A DNA stretch of 20,292 bases, taken from contig CDMY01000786.1 in NCBI GenBank assembly GCA_001179505.1, forward strand, positions 1-20,292. Direction: 5' to 3'. This DNA comes from Vitrella brassicaformis CCMP3155 (Eukaryota; Protista; Chromerida). The position numbers were made by a program, and so were the translations under genes. Position 1 is the stretch's first letter. Each line of letters begins with the position of its first letter. The notes under the pieces are model-generated. The model did no database searches. It saw only the letters and a program-made list of their open reading frames with translations, and was not told the DNA's origin. This document shows positions 19,403-20,292 of this stretch, in pieces.

Positions 19403-19702
19403 NNNNNNNNNNNNNNNNNNNNNNNNNNNNNNNNNNNNNNNNNNNNNNNNNNNNNNNNNNNNNNNNNNNNNNNNNNNNNNNNNNNNNNNNNNNNNNNNNN
19501 NNNNNNNNNNNNNNNNNNNNNNNNNNNNNNNNNNNNNNNNNNNNNNNNNNNNNNNNNNNNNNNNNNNNNNNNNNNNNNNNNNNNNNNNNNNNNNNNNNNN
19601 NNNNNNNNNNNNNNNNNNNNNNNNNNNNNNNNNNNNNNNNNNNNNNNNNNNNNNNNNNNNNNNNNNNNNNNNNNNNNNNNNNNNNNNNNNNNNNNNNNNN
19701 NN
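19403..19702. other. Assembly gap (300 N)
   Basis: Run of N characters beginning 60 nt upstream of the predicted PIWI ATG. Confidence 1.
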
Positions 19703-20292
19703 AGCCCGGCCTGGCCGTAAATGCGGCCCCGGAAGGATTTAGCCGTGACCCCGTTTTTGAGAGATGGAAAGATTTCGTCAACTATTGTTGTTCGTCAAGA
19801 AAGAGCCGACGATATTTGTGAAATCGGCGTGCAATGACTTCTGACGTTTTGGGTGATCTTGGCAGACAAACCGCGATGAAGACCATCCCGTCTACTTTTT
19901 GTTTTGTGTTGTTGTTGTTTGTCCGCTCTTCTAGTTCGTGTCAGAAGAACCCTGTCGATGTGTGGCACGATGCAAAAGCGGCAACCTGCACCGAACACAC
20001 ACTATACACACCCACACACACACGGCTGCATTCAATTAAGTCACGACGGCAGACGGAGCGTCTGACGGCTTTCGTTTCTGGCAGCAATATTGTACCCACC
20101 GATTCCAAACAAGGGAGTGCGGTGGTCACGCGTACTGTACGATATACCTAAACCCTAATATATACCCCCCATGATTGAGTTGGTGATTTCTCGGCTGTTT
20201 CTCCTCCTTTTCGGATGAGCGAGCGTGTATCGGACTACACCCAACCCCATCCACCTACCCTCATCCCGCGAGACGGCGGCGGGCCCCCCTGT

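Noticed and set aside
19173-19781. ORFs spanning the N-run
   Set aside because: The frame across an assembly gap of estimated length is meaningless; only the part at or below 19343 is supported.
20147-20158. CCTAAACCCTAA telomere-like or telo-box motif upstream of PIWI
   Set aside because: It is under two units long and a single occurrence, so it cannot be distinguished from chance.

Overview
Eukaryotic, GC-rich, very intron-dense DNA. Introns are mostly about 70-200 nt and filled with CA/GT, GACA, CATC and GTGGC microsatellites. This style suggests an alveolate such as the chromerid Vitrella (inference only). The six-frame ORFs are mostly exon fragments, read-through introns or antisense shadows, so I rebuilt the genes by hand from splice sites and reading phase. 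Five genes result: (1) a 173-aa orphan (+, 228-918); (2) tubulin-folding cofactor C (-, 2863-5193) with two GC-AG introns; (3) a divergent, apparently secreted 591-aa protein (+, 5273-7792) joining a polyQ tract, a cystine-knot motif and a family-3 solute-binding domain; (4) a ~1057-aa class II-like histone deacetylase (-, 8629-13466) with an unexplained, possibly GNAT-like N-terminal domain; (5) directly upstream on the same strand, a 27-exon PIWI-clade Argonaute (-, 14380-19343). The PIWI keeps its guide-binding residues, but its catalytic tetrad reads E-E-G-E, and exon 13 carries a frameshifting 20-nt duplication that is rescued in frame only if the next intron is retained. A 300-N assembly gap lies at 19403-19702. 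The strongest candidate system is the tandem pair of a predicted non-slicing PIWI and an HDAC. All domain calls are from motif recognition by eye; no searches were run.
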